This document shows, piece after piece, positions 10,190 to 19,567 of a stretch of DNA of 64,000 nt. The DNA is from an uncultured Bacteroidales bacterium (GTDB lineage: Bacteria > Bacteroidota > Bacteroidia > Bacteroidales > UBA7960): contig CAYVQC010000010.1 of NCBI GenBank assembly GCA_964453995.1, forward strand, positions 21,509 to 85,508, in the 5' to 3' direction. A program made the translations under genes and the position numbers. The number at the start of each line of letters is the position of its first letter. The first letter of the stretch is position 1. The notes beneath the pieces were generated by a model. It did not search any database and was not told the origin of the DNA. It was given only the letters and a program-made list of their open reading frames with translations.

Positions 10190-10353
10190 GACATTTGTTT
10201 TTTTTTAGAATTTTGGGGATATTAATGAACACTTTATCCTTGATTGGATTACTCTGAAAAATCTATTGTAACCCTTATAAGGGGAATCTTTTTTGATGAA
10301 TTAAACAACTTTTCAAAATTAGTCCTTTATTACCAAGACCTTCCCCCGATAAA

Positions 10354-10989
10354 TTACCTGTATTTTACCGTAGTTTTCCACAGTATGATCAGCTCATTCA
10401 TCATCATTGCAGTAGCACCCCAGATGACATTTTTTTCGTAAACAAAGCAGGGGGTTTCGATGGTTAAGCCATTGGTGATCTTCAGGGTGGTTGTTTTTAC
10501 AGACGAGGCTGAAAGGAAAAAAGAGAAGGGTATTTCAAGGATGGCATCAACCTCATTTTTATCAGGAAGGAAGGATCCCCTGGGTTGGTATAAACCCACA
10601 AAAGGGCTTACAATATGATTGGAGGGTGGAATGTAAAGATCGGTTAACTTTCCGCAAAAGGAGACATTTTGCGTGTGTATACCTATTTCCTCGTGTGCTT
10701 CGCGAAGTGCAGTATGATACATACTCTTATCGGTAGACTCCCATCGGCCACCGGGGAAGGCAATCTGCCCGCTGTGTACTCCATTGTAAAAAGGCCGTTG
10801 AATGAACGGAATGTAGTATTCATCTGATTTCTTAAAAAAAAGTATCAACACACTGCTTTTATTGGCCGATTGCAAAGTTTCAGGTGTTGGAATTTCGTTT
10901 CGCCTGTATTGTGGAGCCATCAGCATTTGTGCTTCACTGCCTGGCAGGGCATTGTTGAAGCAAGCTTTTAATTGCTGAGCAAATTCCAT
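10354..10989 (-). CDS. CoA pyrophosphatase, Nudix family
   Basis: HSGQIAFPGG, Nudix box TALREAHEEIG, IWGATA. Confidence 0.9.
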   Translation of the reverse strand: MEFAQQLKACFNNALPGSEAQMLMAPQYRRNEIPTPETLQSANKSSVLILFFKKSDEYYIPFIQRPFYNGVHSGQIAFPGGRWESTDKSMYHTALREAHEEIGIHTQNVSFCGKLTDLYIPPSNHIVSPFVGLYQPRGSFLPDKNEVDAILEIPFSFFLSASSVKTTTLKITNGLTIETPCFVYEKNVIWGATAMMMNELIILWKTTVKYR

Positions 10990-11011
10990 TTTTTAATCCT
11001 CTCAAAGCATA

Positions 11012-11050
11012 TAAAAAGAAAGGACATTTCCTGGCAGAAACATCCTTTCT
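11012..11050 (-). terminator. Candidate intrinsic terminator
   Basis: AGAAAGGA...TCCTTTCT stem with an A-run on the + strand, downstream of 11071-11628. Confidence 0.5.
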
Positions 11051-11070
11051 CTGTATTATAATAATAAGTT

Positions 11071-11628
11071 CTAGTTTTCGCTACCAGATTTTTCTGCTTC
11101 AGCAACCTCAACGGGTTCCTGGTCTTCTTCCTGGGTTTGATCTTCAATAATTTCGAAGTTACTTATTTCTACAAAAGCCCTGATATCGGGGGTAATACCT
11201 CTTTCTTCAAGCCTTTTTACAGCTTCTTCAGTAGAAGAGCACGCGTGATCCTCTTCGCCGTCATGGGCGTGATCATGATCATGATCTTCTGCTTCAAGGT
11301 TAAGTACTTCGGTTTTTAAAATACCTGAAAGCACAACATGTTTTCCTTCGTGCTCCGGTGTAAATTGTGTTTGAAAATCATTCAACATCACCAGCATGCT
11401 AAAATCGTCATCATTAAGCTGATTTACAAGCATTTTGTCGCCACTATGCTTGCAGATATGAGTGATAACACCTTCAAATTTAACTTCTTTACCCTCATAA
11501 CCCAGGGGTTCGGATACCAGTTCTGAAATTAAATTCATTTGGGCAGTTTCTGCTTGTTGCTCTTTTACCTGGCCGCAGGAGTATATCAATAATCCCATTA
11601 CGGCAATAATTGCAATTCTTTTAATCAT
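11071..11628 (-). CDS. Lipoprotein with an OB-fold-like domain and a His/Asp-rich loop
   Basis: Lipobox IYSC; GKEVKFEGVITHICKHSG; HDHDHAHD tract; -7 element TACTTTTG at 11673-11680 (-). Confidence 0.6.
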   Translation of the reverse strand: MIKRIAIIAVMGLLIYSCGQVKEQQAETAQMNLISELVSEPLGYEGKEVKFEGVITHICKHSGDKMLVNQLNDDDFSMLVMLNDFQTQFTPEHEGKHVVLSGILKTEVLNLEAEDHDHDHAHDGEEDHACSSTEEAVKRLEERGITPDIRAFVEISNFEIIEDQTQEEDQEPVEVAEAEKSGSEN

Positions 11629-11713
11629 GGTTACTTTAATTTGTTAAGTGTATTGGTTAAGAAATTACGGTGCAAAAGTAATCAAAATATCATAAACCCA
11701 GAGACTCATGGTA

Positions 11714-13717
11714 TTACTTTTTATTTAATCTCTCCAGCACAAAAGCAGATAAGGATGGCAGGTAAAGGCTCAGGACTTCCTTGCCCCCGGAATTTATAAA
11801 TGTAGAATGCCGGAGGGTTTTATCTTGTCGTTCGTGCCCACCAAAGTCTTGGCTGTCGGTATCCAGTACCATACCATAGGTGCCGGCAGTGGCCTCAAAA
11901 GAATAATCAGAGTACGACCGGAAGGGATTAAAGTTGAACACAAAGGTGAATTTACCCCTTTCGAAAATGAGTACCTGGTCAGGGATATTCTGCACTCTGG
12001 GGTAATGAAGTTGTTTTTGGATAATTTTACGCAGTTTAAATAACTTGATCATTTCCCTGTCGAAGAGATTTAAAAACCTGTACCGCAACTGCTCATTGGT
12101 AGCCAGACTCCACTGCCTGCGGGCATAATGATAAGACCAATTATTATGTCGCCCCGGGAAATCTATCCATTCTGGATGACCAAATTCATTACCCATAAAA
12201 TTGAGGTACCCGTTTCCGGCTGTCGCAATGGTAACCAGCCGGATCATCTTGTGTAGTGCGATGCCATTATCAACTACCAGGCTCTGATGATTTACATGCA
12301 TATTGTAATACATCTCTTTATCCATAAGCCAGAAGATGAGCGTTTTATCCCCTACAAGGGCCTGGTCGTGCGATTCGGCGTAGTGTATGGCTTGTTCATC
12401 GGCACGTTTGTTAGACAGGTTGTAATAAATATCGCCCACATGCCAATGCTCAATCTTATTCTCCTTAATAGTTTTGATCCAGAAATCGGGAATACCCATG
12501 GCAAGGCGGTAATCAAAGCCATATCCACCTTTTTCACGGGGGGTAGCAAGGCCTGGCATACCGCTCATCTCTTCAGCCACAGTTATGGCATGAGGGTTTA
12601 CCTGGTGAATGAGCTTATTGGCAAGCTTAAGATAAACTATTGCATCATCATCCTGGTTGCCGTTGTAATACTGGCTGTATTCTGTAAATGAACTTCCAAG
12701 CCCGTGATCGAGGTAAAGCATACTGGTAACCCCGTCAAAACGGTACCCATCGAAACGGTATTCATCAATCCAGAACTTACAGTTGGAAAGTAAAAAGTGC
12801 AGAACCTCGTTTTTGCCATAATCAAAGCACCTGCTGTCCCATGCCGGATGATCACCGCGTGGTCCATTGTGAAAAAACTGGTACAATGTACCGTCGTACC
12901 GGCTGATCCCTTCCACCTCGTTTTTCACTGCGTGCGAATGTACAATATCCATAATCACAAACAATCCCATCCCGTGAGCATCGTCAACAAGGGCTTTCAA
13001 TTCATCGGGGGTGCCAAAGCGCGAAGAGGCAGCAAAAAAATTACTTACATGATATCCAAATGATCCGTAGTAGGGATGCTCCTGGATGGCCATGAGTTGG
13101 ATGGTGTTATAACCTGACTTCTTGATCCCCGGTAAAACATTTTTGCGAAAATTCTCAAAGGAACCTACTTCATAATGTTCGGTTGCCATGCCCACATGCG
13201 CTTCATATACCAGAGGAACGAAGTCCTTTTTTCTTTCAGGTATTTTATTCTTCCAGCTGTAAGGTTTGGCAGGATCCCACACCTGCGCATTAAAAACATG
13301 GGTCTTTTCATCCTGTACCACTCTCCTGGCCCAGGCCGGAACACGTTCACCACTGTTTCCGTTCCAAAAAACATGAAGTTTGTAAAGATCGCCATGCTTA
13401 AGGGTTTCAAGAGGAACTTCAATTTGCCAATTGCCATTACCGATATTGCGGAATACAAATTCTTCCCTGAGCTGCCATTCGCAAAAATCACCCACAAGAT
13501 AGATCTTGGTGGCGTTGGGAGCCCACTCACGCATTATCCAACTCTTTTTCTGCCTGTGCAACCCGTAATACAGGTATCCAACAGCAAAATCACTCAATGT
13601 CTTTTGGTCATTCAACAACTGGGCTTCTTTTTCCTGCGCTCGTCTGATGCGGCCCATTATGGCATCAGCATAGGGTTGCAGGAAAATATCTTTTTCTAGA
13701 AATTCCGGATATTGCAT
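11714..13717 (-). CDS. glgB: 1,4-alpha-glucan branching enzyme (GH13, eukaryote-like subfamily found in Bacteroidota)
   Basis: REWAPNA, YEAHVGM, YYGSFGYHV, MDIVHSHA, FDGYRFDGVTSMLY, AEEMSG, YAESHDQALVGDKT. Confidence 0.95.
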   Translation of the reverse strand: MQYPEFLEKDIFLQPYADAIMGRIRRAQEKEAQLLNDQKTLSDFAVGYLYYGLHRQKKSWIMREWAPNATKIYLVGDFCEWQLREEFVFRNIGNGNWQIEVPLETLKHGDLYKLHVFWNGNSGERVPAWARRVVQDEKTHVFNAQVWDPAKPYSWKNKIPERKKDFVPLVYEAHVGMATEHYEVGSFENFRKNVLPGIKKSGYNTIQLMAIQEHPYYGSFGYHVSNFFAASSRFGTPDELKALVDDAHGMGLFVIMDIVHSHAVKNEVEGISRYDGTLYQFFHNGPRGDHPAWDSRCFDYGKNEVLHFLLSNCKFWIDEYRFDGYRFDGVTSMLYLDHGLGSSFTEYSQYYNGNQDDDAIVYLKLANKLIHQVNPHAITVAEEMSGMPGLATPREKGGYGFDYRLAMGIPDFWIKTIKENKIEHWHVGDIYYNLSNKRADEQAIHYAESHDQALVGDKTLIFWLMDKEMYYNMHVNHQSLVVDNGIALHKMIRLVTIATAGNGYLNFMGNEFGHPEWIDFPGRHNNWSYHYARRQWSLATNEQLRYRFLNLFDREMIKLFKLRKIIQKQLHYPRVQNIPDQVLIFERGKFTFVFNFNPFRSYSDYSFEATAGTYGMVLDTDSQDFGGHERQDKTLRHSTFINSGGKEVLSLYLPSLSAFVLERLNKK

Positions 13718-13811
13718 AATGCTAATTGTTTAATTCAATATCAAAAATATACATTTAAAACCGGTTTAGGGCAAAAACAACAAAAAGAATTAAGTGGGTT
13801 ATTTTGATAAT

Positions 13812-14216
13812 CTACTCAGCTCTCCCGGTAAAACCCTTGTGCCTGTTCCGGAAAGTCTTGAAGAAATTATACCACAGCGATAGCAGAAGAGCGGCCACGG
13901 CAAAAAGGACCGTTAAAGCATCTACAATTTCGCCGGGGGGAGTAATATTTAGGACTCTTGACACCAGGTAAGTAATATAGGAATTGGGCAGATCATACTT
14001 ACCAAGTTCTTTCAGCACAGACCAATGCCAATCGGTAAGCGGGCAATACCCCCACCCATAAAAAATCCCCAGGACAGTCCACGATCCAATTGTAAGGATA
14101 ATAGCAGCCAGGTGCCATTTGCGGGTGGAGGCCCATATCCAACCCGTAAGATTGAACAGGATCAGCAACAGGTGAAAAATCAAAAAGAAAACATCAGCAA
14201 TTTTATACCAAATCAT
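13812..14216 (-). CDS. DUF2784 family membrane protein
   Basis: FHLLLILFNLTGW, GWGYCPLTDWHW; ATG at 14216 preferred. Confidence 0.8.
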   Translation of the reverse strand: MIWYKIADVFFLIFHLLLILFNLTGWIWASTRKWHLAAIILTIGSWTVLGIFYGWGYCPLTDWHWSVLKELGKYDLPNSYITYLVSRVLNITPPGEIVDALTVLFAVAALLLSLWYNFFKTFRNRHKGFTGRAE

Positions 14217-14357
14217 AAATGCACCAGGTAACTGTTGGGGTAACAAAATAATCAATTTCGGGGAGAAAAAGAAATTGTTGCTCCATTCATAATCGTTGCA
14301 GATGCAGCCGGTTAAAACAAAAGTATTTTTCTGTTGTTAAAAATGGAAATGATTTTT

Positions 14358-14365
14358 TACTTTTG
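14358..14365 (+). promoter_or_regulatory. Bacteroidota sigmaA -7 element
   Basis: TACTTTTG about 37 bp before ATG 14402. Confidence 0.6.
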
Positions 14366-14401
14366 CCCCATTATAAAACAGAAATACTCAAATCAATCAT
14401 T

Positions 14402-14938
14402 ATGATGAACTATAAAGAGATATTCAGCCCCAAAGTACTGATCATAGCAGGAATAATTTTGTTTGCCGCTGTTATGAGGCTCGTACCTCACTATCCTAAT
14501 TTTACACCCATTGCTGCAATAGCCCTTTTTGGGGGTGCTCACCTTGGTAAAAGATGGCTGGCATTTTTTATTCCACTTTTCGCTCTTTTTATCAGCGACT
14601 TGCTCATAGGTTTCCATGGCTTTATGATTCCTGTTTATATAAGTTTTGCTTTGGTAGTGTTGCTGGGCCAATTGATGAAAAACAATATAAAAGCACATAC
14701 CGTATTGGGAGCCTCTATAGCTTCATCAACACTATTTTTCATTATAACAAATTTTGCAGTGTGGGCAGGAAGCCCTTATTATTCGCAAACTTTTGCAGGA
14801 CTAATTCAGTCTTACACCATGGCTGTTCCATTCTTCCACACATCACTCCTGGGTGATCTTTTTTACAGTGTATTATTCTTTGGAGGTTTTTACCTGGTAC
14901 AGCTAAGATATCCATCACTGGCAAAAATCAAAGCCTGA
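14402..14938 (+). CDS. DUF6580 family putative membrane transport protein
   Basis: RLVPHYPNFTPIAAIALFGG, FFIITNFAVW, SYTMAVPFF...LLGDLFY. Confidence 0.8.
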   Translation: MMNYKEIFSPKVLIIAGIILFAAVMRLVPHYPNFTPIAAIALFGGAHLGKRWLAFFIPLFALFISDLLIGFHGFMIPVYISFALVVLLGQLMKNNIKAHTVLGASIASSTLFFIITNFAVWAGSPYYSQTFAGLIQSYTMAVPFFHTSLLGDLFYSVLFFGGFYLVQLRYPSLAKIKA

Positions 14939-14992
14939 AATATCCTTTAACCATAATCGAAGGAATTTTTTACTGACATTCCTTGTAAATAC

Positions 14993-15029
14993 AAAACCGC
15001 AGTTTACCCATAAAGCTGCGGTTTTTTTT
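14993..15029 (+). terminator. Intrinsic terminator
   Basis: AAAACCGCAG-TTTACCCATAAAG-CTGCGGTTTTTTTT. Confidence 0.85.
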
Positions 15030-15246
15030 GTCCTGTAATAGATGATCCTATTCCAATATACACTGTATTGGACAAACAAGAATTGTTAAAATTGAAAATT
15101 GCATGATTTTTCTCGTTCATGCTATTTGTTTTTATGTCCGAATTTTCATAAGATTGAAACATTATTTTTAGCATTTCATAATTGCCCAACCTTAGCAGGC
15201 AAAGCATTGAAACAGATACTCCCTTCGAAAATTTGACGAAAAAGCC

Positions 15247-15254
15247 TAAATTTG
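15247..15254 (+). promoter_or_regulatory. -7 element upstream of the cyanophycinase gene
   Basis: TAAATTTG, 77 bp before ATG 15331. Confidence 0.5.
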
Positions 15255-15330
15255 TTTACCCAATTTGAATGTCGTTTCACAACTCATACAGATTGCTTCA
15301 ATCCACCCCCTAATTGCATGTGCTACAAAA

Positions 15331-16185
15331 ATGGCTAAAACGAAGAAAAATAAAAACAAAGGAAACCTGGTACTGATAGGCGGCGCCGAGGACCGGAAGG
15401 AAGAAAAAATTGTATTAAAAAGCCTTGTAGAGCTCAACCATGCTGAAAATATTGTAGTTATTCCAACGGCAACATTGTATCCTACCGAATGCGGCGAAGA
15501 TTATTTTTATGCCTTCAGGGATCTTGGGGTGAAAAATGTTGAAATATTTGATATCCGTGACAGCCGGCAGGCATCCCATAGCAGCTACCAAAGAAAGCTG
15601 GAAAAGGCAGATATAGTTTTTTTCACAGGGGGAGATCAGGTAAGACTTACACGTATTTTGAACAATACACGCCTTATCGATAATATTTCAAATCGCTTTC
15701 AAAAAGAAGGCCTCACCATAGCGGGTACTTCTGCCGGTGCCTCGGCCGCTGCCAATCCTATGACCTTTGATGGTGATAACCATGGACTAATAAAGGGCTC
15801 GGTAAAATTTGACCGGGGGTTCGGATTTATCGAAAACATTACCATTGATACTCACTTTGTTGCACGCGGTCGACTGGCAAGACTGGCGCAGTTTCTTTGC
15901 CATGGCTACACCCGCAGAGGAATTGGTATCGGTGAAAACACCTCCATTACTATAACCCCCGACAATGTTTTTTATGTAACAGGAACAGGCATTGTTACAG
16001 TCGTTTCCACCGAAGACCTCACTTTTTCCAATTTCGACCAGGTAAGTGAAAATGAAAGGATATCGCTGGATGGTATTCGGTTGGGCTTCTTACAACACGG
16101 TGCAGTTTTTGACATTCATACCTGGAAAACGATCCGGTTTATTAAATCGCAGGGAATATCTTCCCAAATTGAACTCCTGGGCTAA
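15331..16185 (+). CDS. cphB: Cyanophycinase (peptidase S51), cytoplasmic CphB type
   Basis: GNLVLIGGAED, VVIPTA, FFTGGDQ, nucleophile GTSAGA, DTHF..RGRLARL, GIGIGENT; no signal peptide. Confidence 0.9.
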   Translation: MAKTKKNKNKGNLVLIGGAEDRKEEKIVLKSLVELNHAENIVVIPTATLYPTECGEDYFYAFRDLGVKNVEIFDIRDSRQASHSSYQRKLEKADIVFFTGGDQVRLTRILNNTRLIDNISNRFQKEGLTIAGTSAGASAAANPMTFDGDNHGLIKGSVKFDRGFGFIENITIDTHFVARGRLARLAQFLCHGYTRRGIGIGENTSITITPDNVFYVTGTGIVTVVSTEDLTFSNFDQVSENERISLDGIRLGFLQHGAVFDIHTWKTIRFIKSQGISSQIELLG

Positions 16186-16349
16186 CCTCTAGCCGGCCAG
16201 GGGCTTTCAGAAAACCAACCGGCACAGGAAAACTGCCAAAGCAACAAGGTCAATCTCTACCAGGCCGCATCCTACATACAAAAGCTCATTTTAATGCCCT
16301 TTAGGCTTAATTATTTCCGGTAAAGGTTATTTTTTTCGCAAATTTTCCG

Positions 16350-16357
16350 TAGGTTTG
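16350..16357 (+). promoter_or_regulatory. -7 element upstream of the cphA2-like gene
   Basis: TAGGTTTG, 58 bp before ATG 16415. Confidence 0.55.
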
Positions 16358-16414
16358 AATACTGCTCCCATAACTATAGCCTTGCATATTAATCATCACC
16401 AAAACCATAACCAT

Positions 16415-18322
16415 ATGCAAACAAAGGAGAAAGATTTTGATGTAAAGAAGTTTTACTTTTATTTTGGCCCCAATCATTACCTGCCCGCAAAAGCGCTGGT
16501 GTTCAATCTGCATATTGCCCCGGAAGGGCCAGAGGTAGAGTTTTACAAACCCTATATTTTCCATGAATTCCCACAATTGAGTGCCTATAACCTGCAGACG
16601 GTAGCCGACTTGTTTGTGCACACGCTCCTGGAGGTACTTCGTATGGAAATAGACCTCCATGTGAATGAATTCAACATTACCGAGGATGGAGAAGATTACG
16701 TGGTTGCCATGGAATTTCTTGATGATTACACGGCTGAAGATGCCGTGGTTTTGGTTAGCGACTGGTTTAAATCCATCAATGAGGGAAAAAACGAAGATTT
16801 CAATTTCAGGAAAAAATTTAAACTCCTTAAAGGTGTTTTCGATCAATCCCTGTTGGGGGGGCCTACACTCTATGCACTGGTAGAAACAGCAATCAAAAAC
16901 GATATTCCCGTTTTTTTCATTGAAGAGGAAAACCAGTTTCAGTGGGGCTATGGCATCAGGCAATTGCGGGGCCGCTCTACAACCTTCCATACCGACAGCA
17001 TAAAAGACACTGAATTTACTATGTATAAAGACATGGTAACAGAGTTTTTACACATGTGTGGCTTTCCTACTCCGGCAGGACGAAACTGCTTTACTGCTGA
17101 AGAGGCCCTGCTGGAAACAAAAAAACTTGGATACCCGGTAGTGGTAAAGCCCGTAGCCGGACACAAAGGAGTGGGCGTTACCACCGGAATAATGCATGAA
17201 GCTGAAGTAAAACTTGCCTTCCAGTCGATAGTGGAAGCCGCCGAAAAAGAAGGTGCTTTTTTTGATGGCGCTATCGTTCAGCAACACATCCAGGGGCACG
17301 ACCATCGCCTGTTAACCATTGATGGCAAGTTTGCTGCTGCACTGAAACGCATCCCAGCCTTTGTGGAAGGGAATGGACAGGATACCATTGAAACACTTAT
17401 AGCTGCAGAAAACAAAAAAGAGATAAGACGCGACGACGCTCGTTCCCCTCTGGCAAAGATAAATATTGACAAAGATCTTATAGACTACCTGCTTGCTCAA
17501 AACCTGAACTTAAGCAGTATACCAGCCAAAGGGCAACAGGTTTATCTGAGAAGGGTGGCGAATATTTCTGCAGGGGGAATTTCTATCAATGTAACTGATT
17601 CTATCCATCCTAAAAATGCAGAACTGGCAGAAACGATTGCCTCCTTTTTTAATGTAAAATGCCTGGGAATAGATGTCCTCACCGACGACATATCCCTGCC
17701 CTGGAGTGAAGGAAATTTCGGTATCATTGAGATAAATGCAGGCCCTGGTGTATTTATGCACCTGGCACCAGCTTATGGAGGTAGCATTAATGTTCCTGAA
17801 AAAATTTTGCTATCCCATTTTGGAAAACACGACCAGGCAAGAATCCCCATTATTGCCGGAAACCATATCACACAAAGTTTTTTAAATGAATTGCTCAGTG
17901 AACTGAACAGCATCCGCAAAGGAATATTTACAGGCTCTTTGATTGCCGAAGGAATCTTCTTCAACAACCGGTATTTTTATAAGAACAATCACCACGACCA
18001 GAATGTGAAGATCATACTTCGACATCCCAAAACAGAATTTGCCATCTTCCATCACACGAAAGATGAAATTTATGATTACGGATTTTTCCACCAGGGAGCC
18101 GACCTTATTATTCTTGATCAGCCCAACTGGGCCGAAGAAAGCATGAAAAACTTGCTGTTGCCCGGCGGCTATGTGGTGGAAGTTTCTGAATCGGAAATTG
18201 TCCTTACATCGAACAGCCATACCCTCAACAGCGTTACTTTTGCAACCGGGGATAAAGAATCTGCGTTACTGCAAATCATAAAACCTTTATTGCCCCAACT
18301 GATTGAAAAATATTCCTCCTGA
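16415..18322 (+). CDS. cphA2: Cyanophycin synthetase 2-like ATP-grasp ligase (635 aa)
   Basis: N domain (GPNHY..ALVFN); GGPTLYAL; QWGYG; ATP-grasp GYPVVVKPVAGHKGVGVT, GHDHRLL, LRRVANISAGG, GIIEINAGPGVFMH; short degenerate Mur-like domain, ARIPIIAGN, lacking the GTNGKTT P-loop of CphA1. Confidence 0.85.
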   Translation: MQTKEKDFDVKKFYFYFGPNHYLPAKALVFNLHIAPEGPEVEFYKPYIFHEFPQLSAYNLQTVADLFVHTLLEVLRMEIDLHVNEFNITEDGEDYVVAMEFLDDYTAEDAVVLVSDWFKSINEGKNEDFNFRKKFKLLKGVFDQSLLGGPTLYALVETAIKNDIPVFFIEEENQFQWGYGIRQLRGRSTTFHTDSIKDTEFTMYKDMVTEFLHMCGFPTPAGRNCFTAEEALLETKKLGYPVVVKPVAGHKGVGVTTGIMHEAEVKLAFQSIVEAAEKEGAFFDGAIVQQHIQGHDHRLLTIDGKFAAALKRIPAFVEGNGQDTIETLIAAENKKEIRRDDARSPLAKINIDKDLIDYLLAQNLNLSSIPAKGQQVYLRRVANISAGGISINVTDSIHPKNAELAETIASFFNVKCLGIDVLTDDISLPWSEGNFGIIEINAGPGVFMHLAPAYGGSINVPEKILLSHFGKHDQARIPIIAGNHITQSFLNELLSELNSIRKGIFTGSLIAEGIFFNNRYFYKNNHHDQNVKIILRHPKTEFAIFHHTKDEIYDYGFFHQGADLIILDQPNWAEESMKNLLLPGGYVVEVSESEIVLTSNSHTLNSVTFATGDKESALLQIIKPLLPQLIEKYSS

Positions 18323-18351
18323 AAACATAAACCTAAAACAACCTTACATAC

Positions 18352-19512
18352 ATGTTATTAATTAAGAATGCCAATCTGTATGCTCCTGAAAAATCAGGAA
18401 AAAAAGATATCCTTATAGCAGGAAACCAAATAATTGCTGTTGAAGACCAAATTGAAGTTCCCAAAGGTATTGATGTAAAAGTATTGGACATTACAGGCTT
18501 ACGGGTAATACCAGGTTTAATAGACGCTCATGTGCACATTGCAGGTGCAGGAGGTGAAGGTGGCCCGGCGAGCAGAACCCCCGAAATGCAGTTGAGCCAT
18601 ATGCTGGAAGCTGGCGTTACCACGGTAATCGGTTGCCTTGGCACAGATGGCCTCACGCGCAGTCTTGAATCTGTGCTCATGAAGGTGAAAGCACTGAGAC
18701 AGGAAGGTGTAAGTGCATGGATGTTTACCGGTTCTTACCAGGTTCCTACCCCTACCATCATGGGTGATGTTGGAAAAGACATTGCACTCATTGAAGAAGT
18801 AATTGGTGTAGGCGAGATTGCCATATCCGATCACCGCAGTTCCTTCCCATCCGCCCACGAGCTGGCACGCCTGGCGGCACATGCAAGGGTTGGCGGTATG
18901 CTGGGCGGCAAATGCGGCATAGTAAATATTCACATGGGTGATGCCAAAAGTCCCTTTAAACCATTGTATGAAATTGTGGCGATGAGTGAATTAAACTTTA
19001 ATCAATTCCTCCCAACACATATCAACCGTAACACCTACATTTTTGAAGATGCAAAAACCTACGGTAAAAAAGGATGCATTGATATCACGGCAAGTTCTTA
19101 CCCCTATTTCCCGCAATATGAAATAAAACCGTCTAAAGCAATCGCTCAGCTGCTGAAAGCAGATGTACCCATAAAAAACATTACCATGACCAGCGATGGT
19201 TGTGGCTCATTGCCCCAGTTCGATGAAAACGGTAAGCTCGAAAAACTTGAAATGGGCTACCCCAAATCAGTATTTGATGAAATTAAGGATGCGGTAACAC
19301 AGGAAAAACTAAAATTACAGGATGCCCTGAAGGTTGCCACCAGCAATATTGCCGACATCTTGTGGCTGAGAAAGAAAGGGCGGATTGCCCCAAAAATGGA
19401 CGCCGACCTGGTAGTAATCGACAAGGAATACAACATCGTACACATGGTGGCAATGGGAAATCTTATGGTAGAAAATTCGAAAATGCTCAAAAAAGGCAGC
19501 TACGAAAAATAG
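18352..19512 (+). CDS. iadA: Isoaspartyl dipeptidase (beta-aspartyl peptidase, amidohydrolase)
   Basis: PGLIDAHVHIAGAGGEGGPASRTPE, GCLGTDG, TGSYQVP, GEIAISDHRSS, HMGD, PTHINR, TSDGCGS. Confidence 0.93.
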   Translation: MLLIKNANLYAPEKSGKKDILIAGNQIIAVEDQIEVPKGIDVKVLDITGLRVIPGLIDAHVHIAGAGGEGGPASRTPEMQLSHMLEAGVTTVIGCLGTDGLTRSLESVLMKVKALRQEGVSAWMFTGSYQVPTPTIMGDVGKDIALIEEVIGVGEIAISDHRSSFPSAHELARLAAHARVGGMLGGKCGIVNIHMGDAKSPFKPLYEIVAMSELNFNQFLPTHINRNTYIFEDAKTYGKKGCIDITASSYPYFPQYEIKPSKAIAQLLKADVPIKNITMTSDGCGSLPQFDENGKLEKLEMGYPKSVFDEIKDAVTQEKLKLQDALKVATSNIADILWLRKKGRIAPKMDADLVVIDKEYNIVHMVAMGNLMVENSKMLKKGSYEK

Positions 19513-19567
19513 CAGGAATCCGCCCGGTTTCCCGTTTGCTACCCCGTTTCGCTATAAAACATATTTC

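Noticed and set aside
11714..13717. Eukaryote-like branching enzyme as recent horizontal transfer
   Set aside because: This subfamily is the normal GlgB type in many Bacteroidota.
14217..14401. Cobalamin riboswitch ahead of the DUF6580 gene
   Set aside because: The leader after the -7 element is under 40 nt and has no B12-box motifs.
16307..16990. Long antisense ORFs (also 55035-55634 and 56626-57333)
   Set aside because: They overlap well-supported genes on the opposite strand and show no recognisable motifs.
16415..18322. Reading the ORF as a truncated CphA1 pseudogene or as GshF
   Set aside because: There is no leftover Mur-ligase fragment downstream (iadA starts 29 bp later) and no glutamate-cysteine ligase domain. 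Length and C-terminal motifs fit CphA2.
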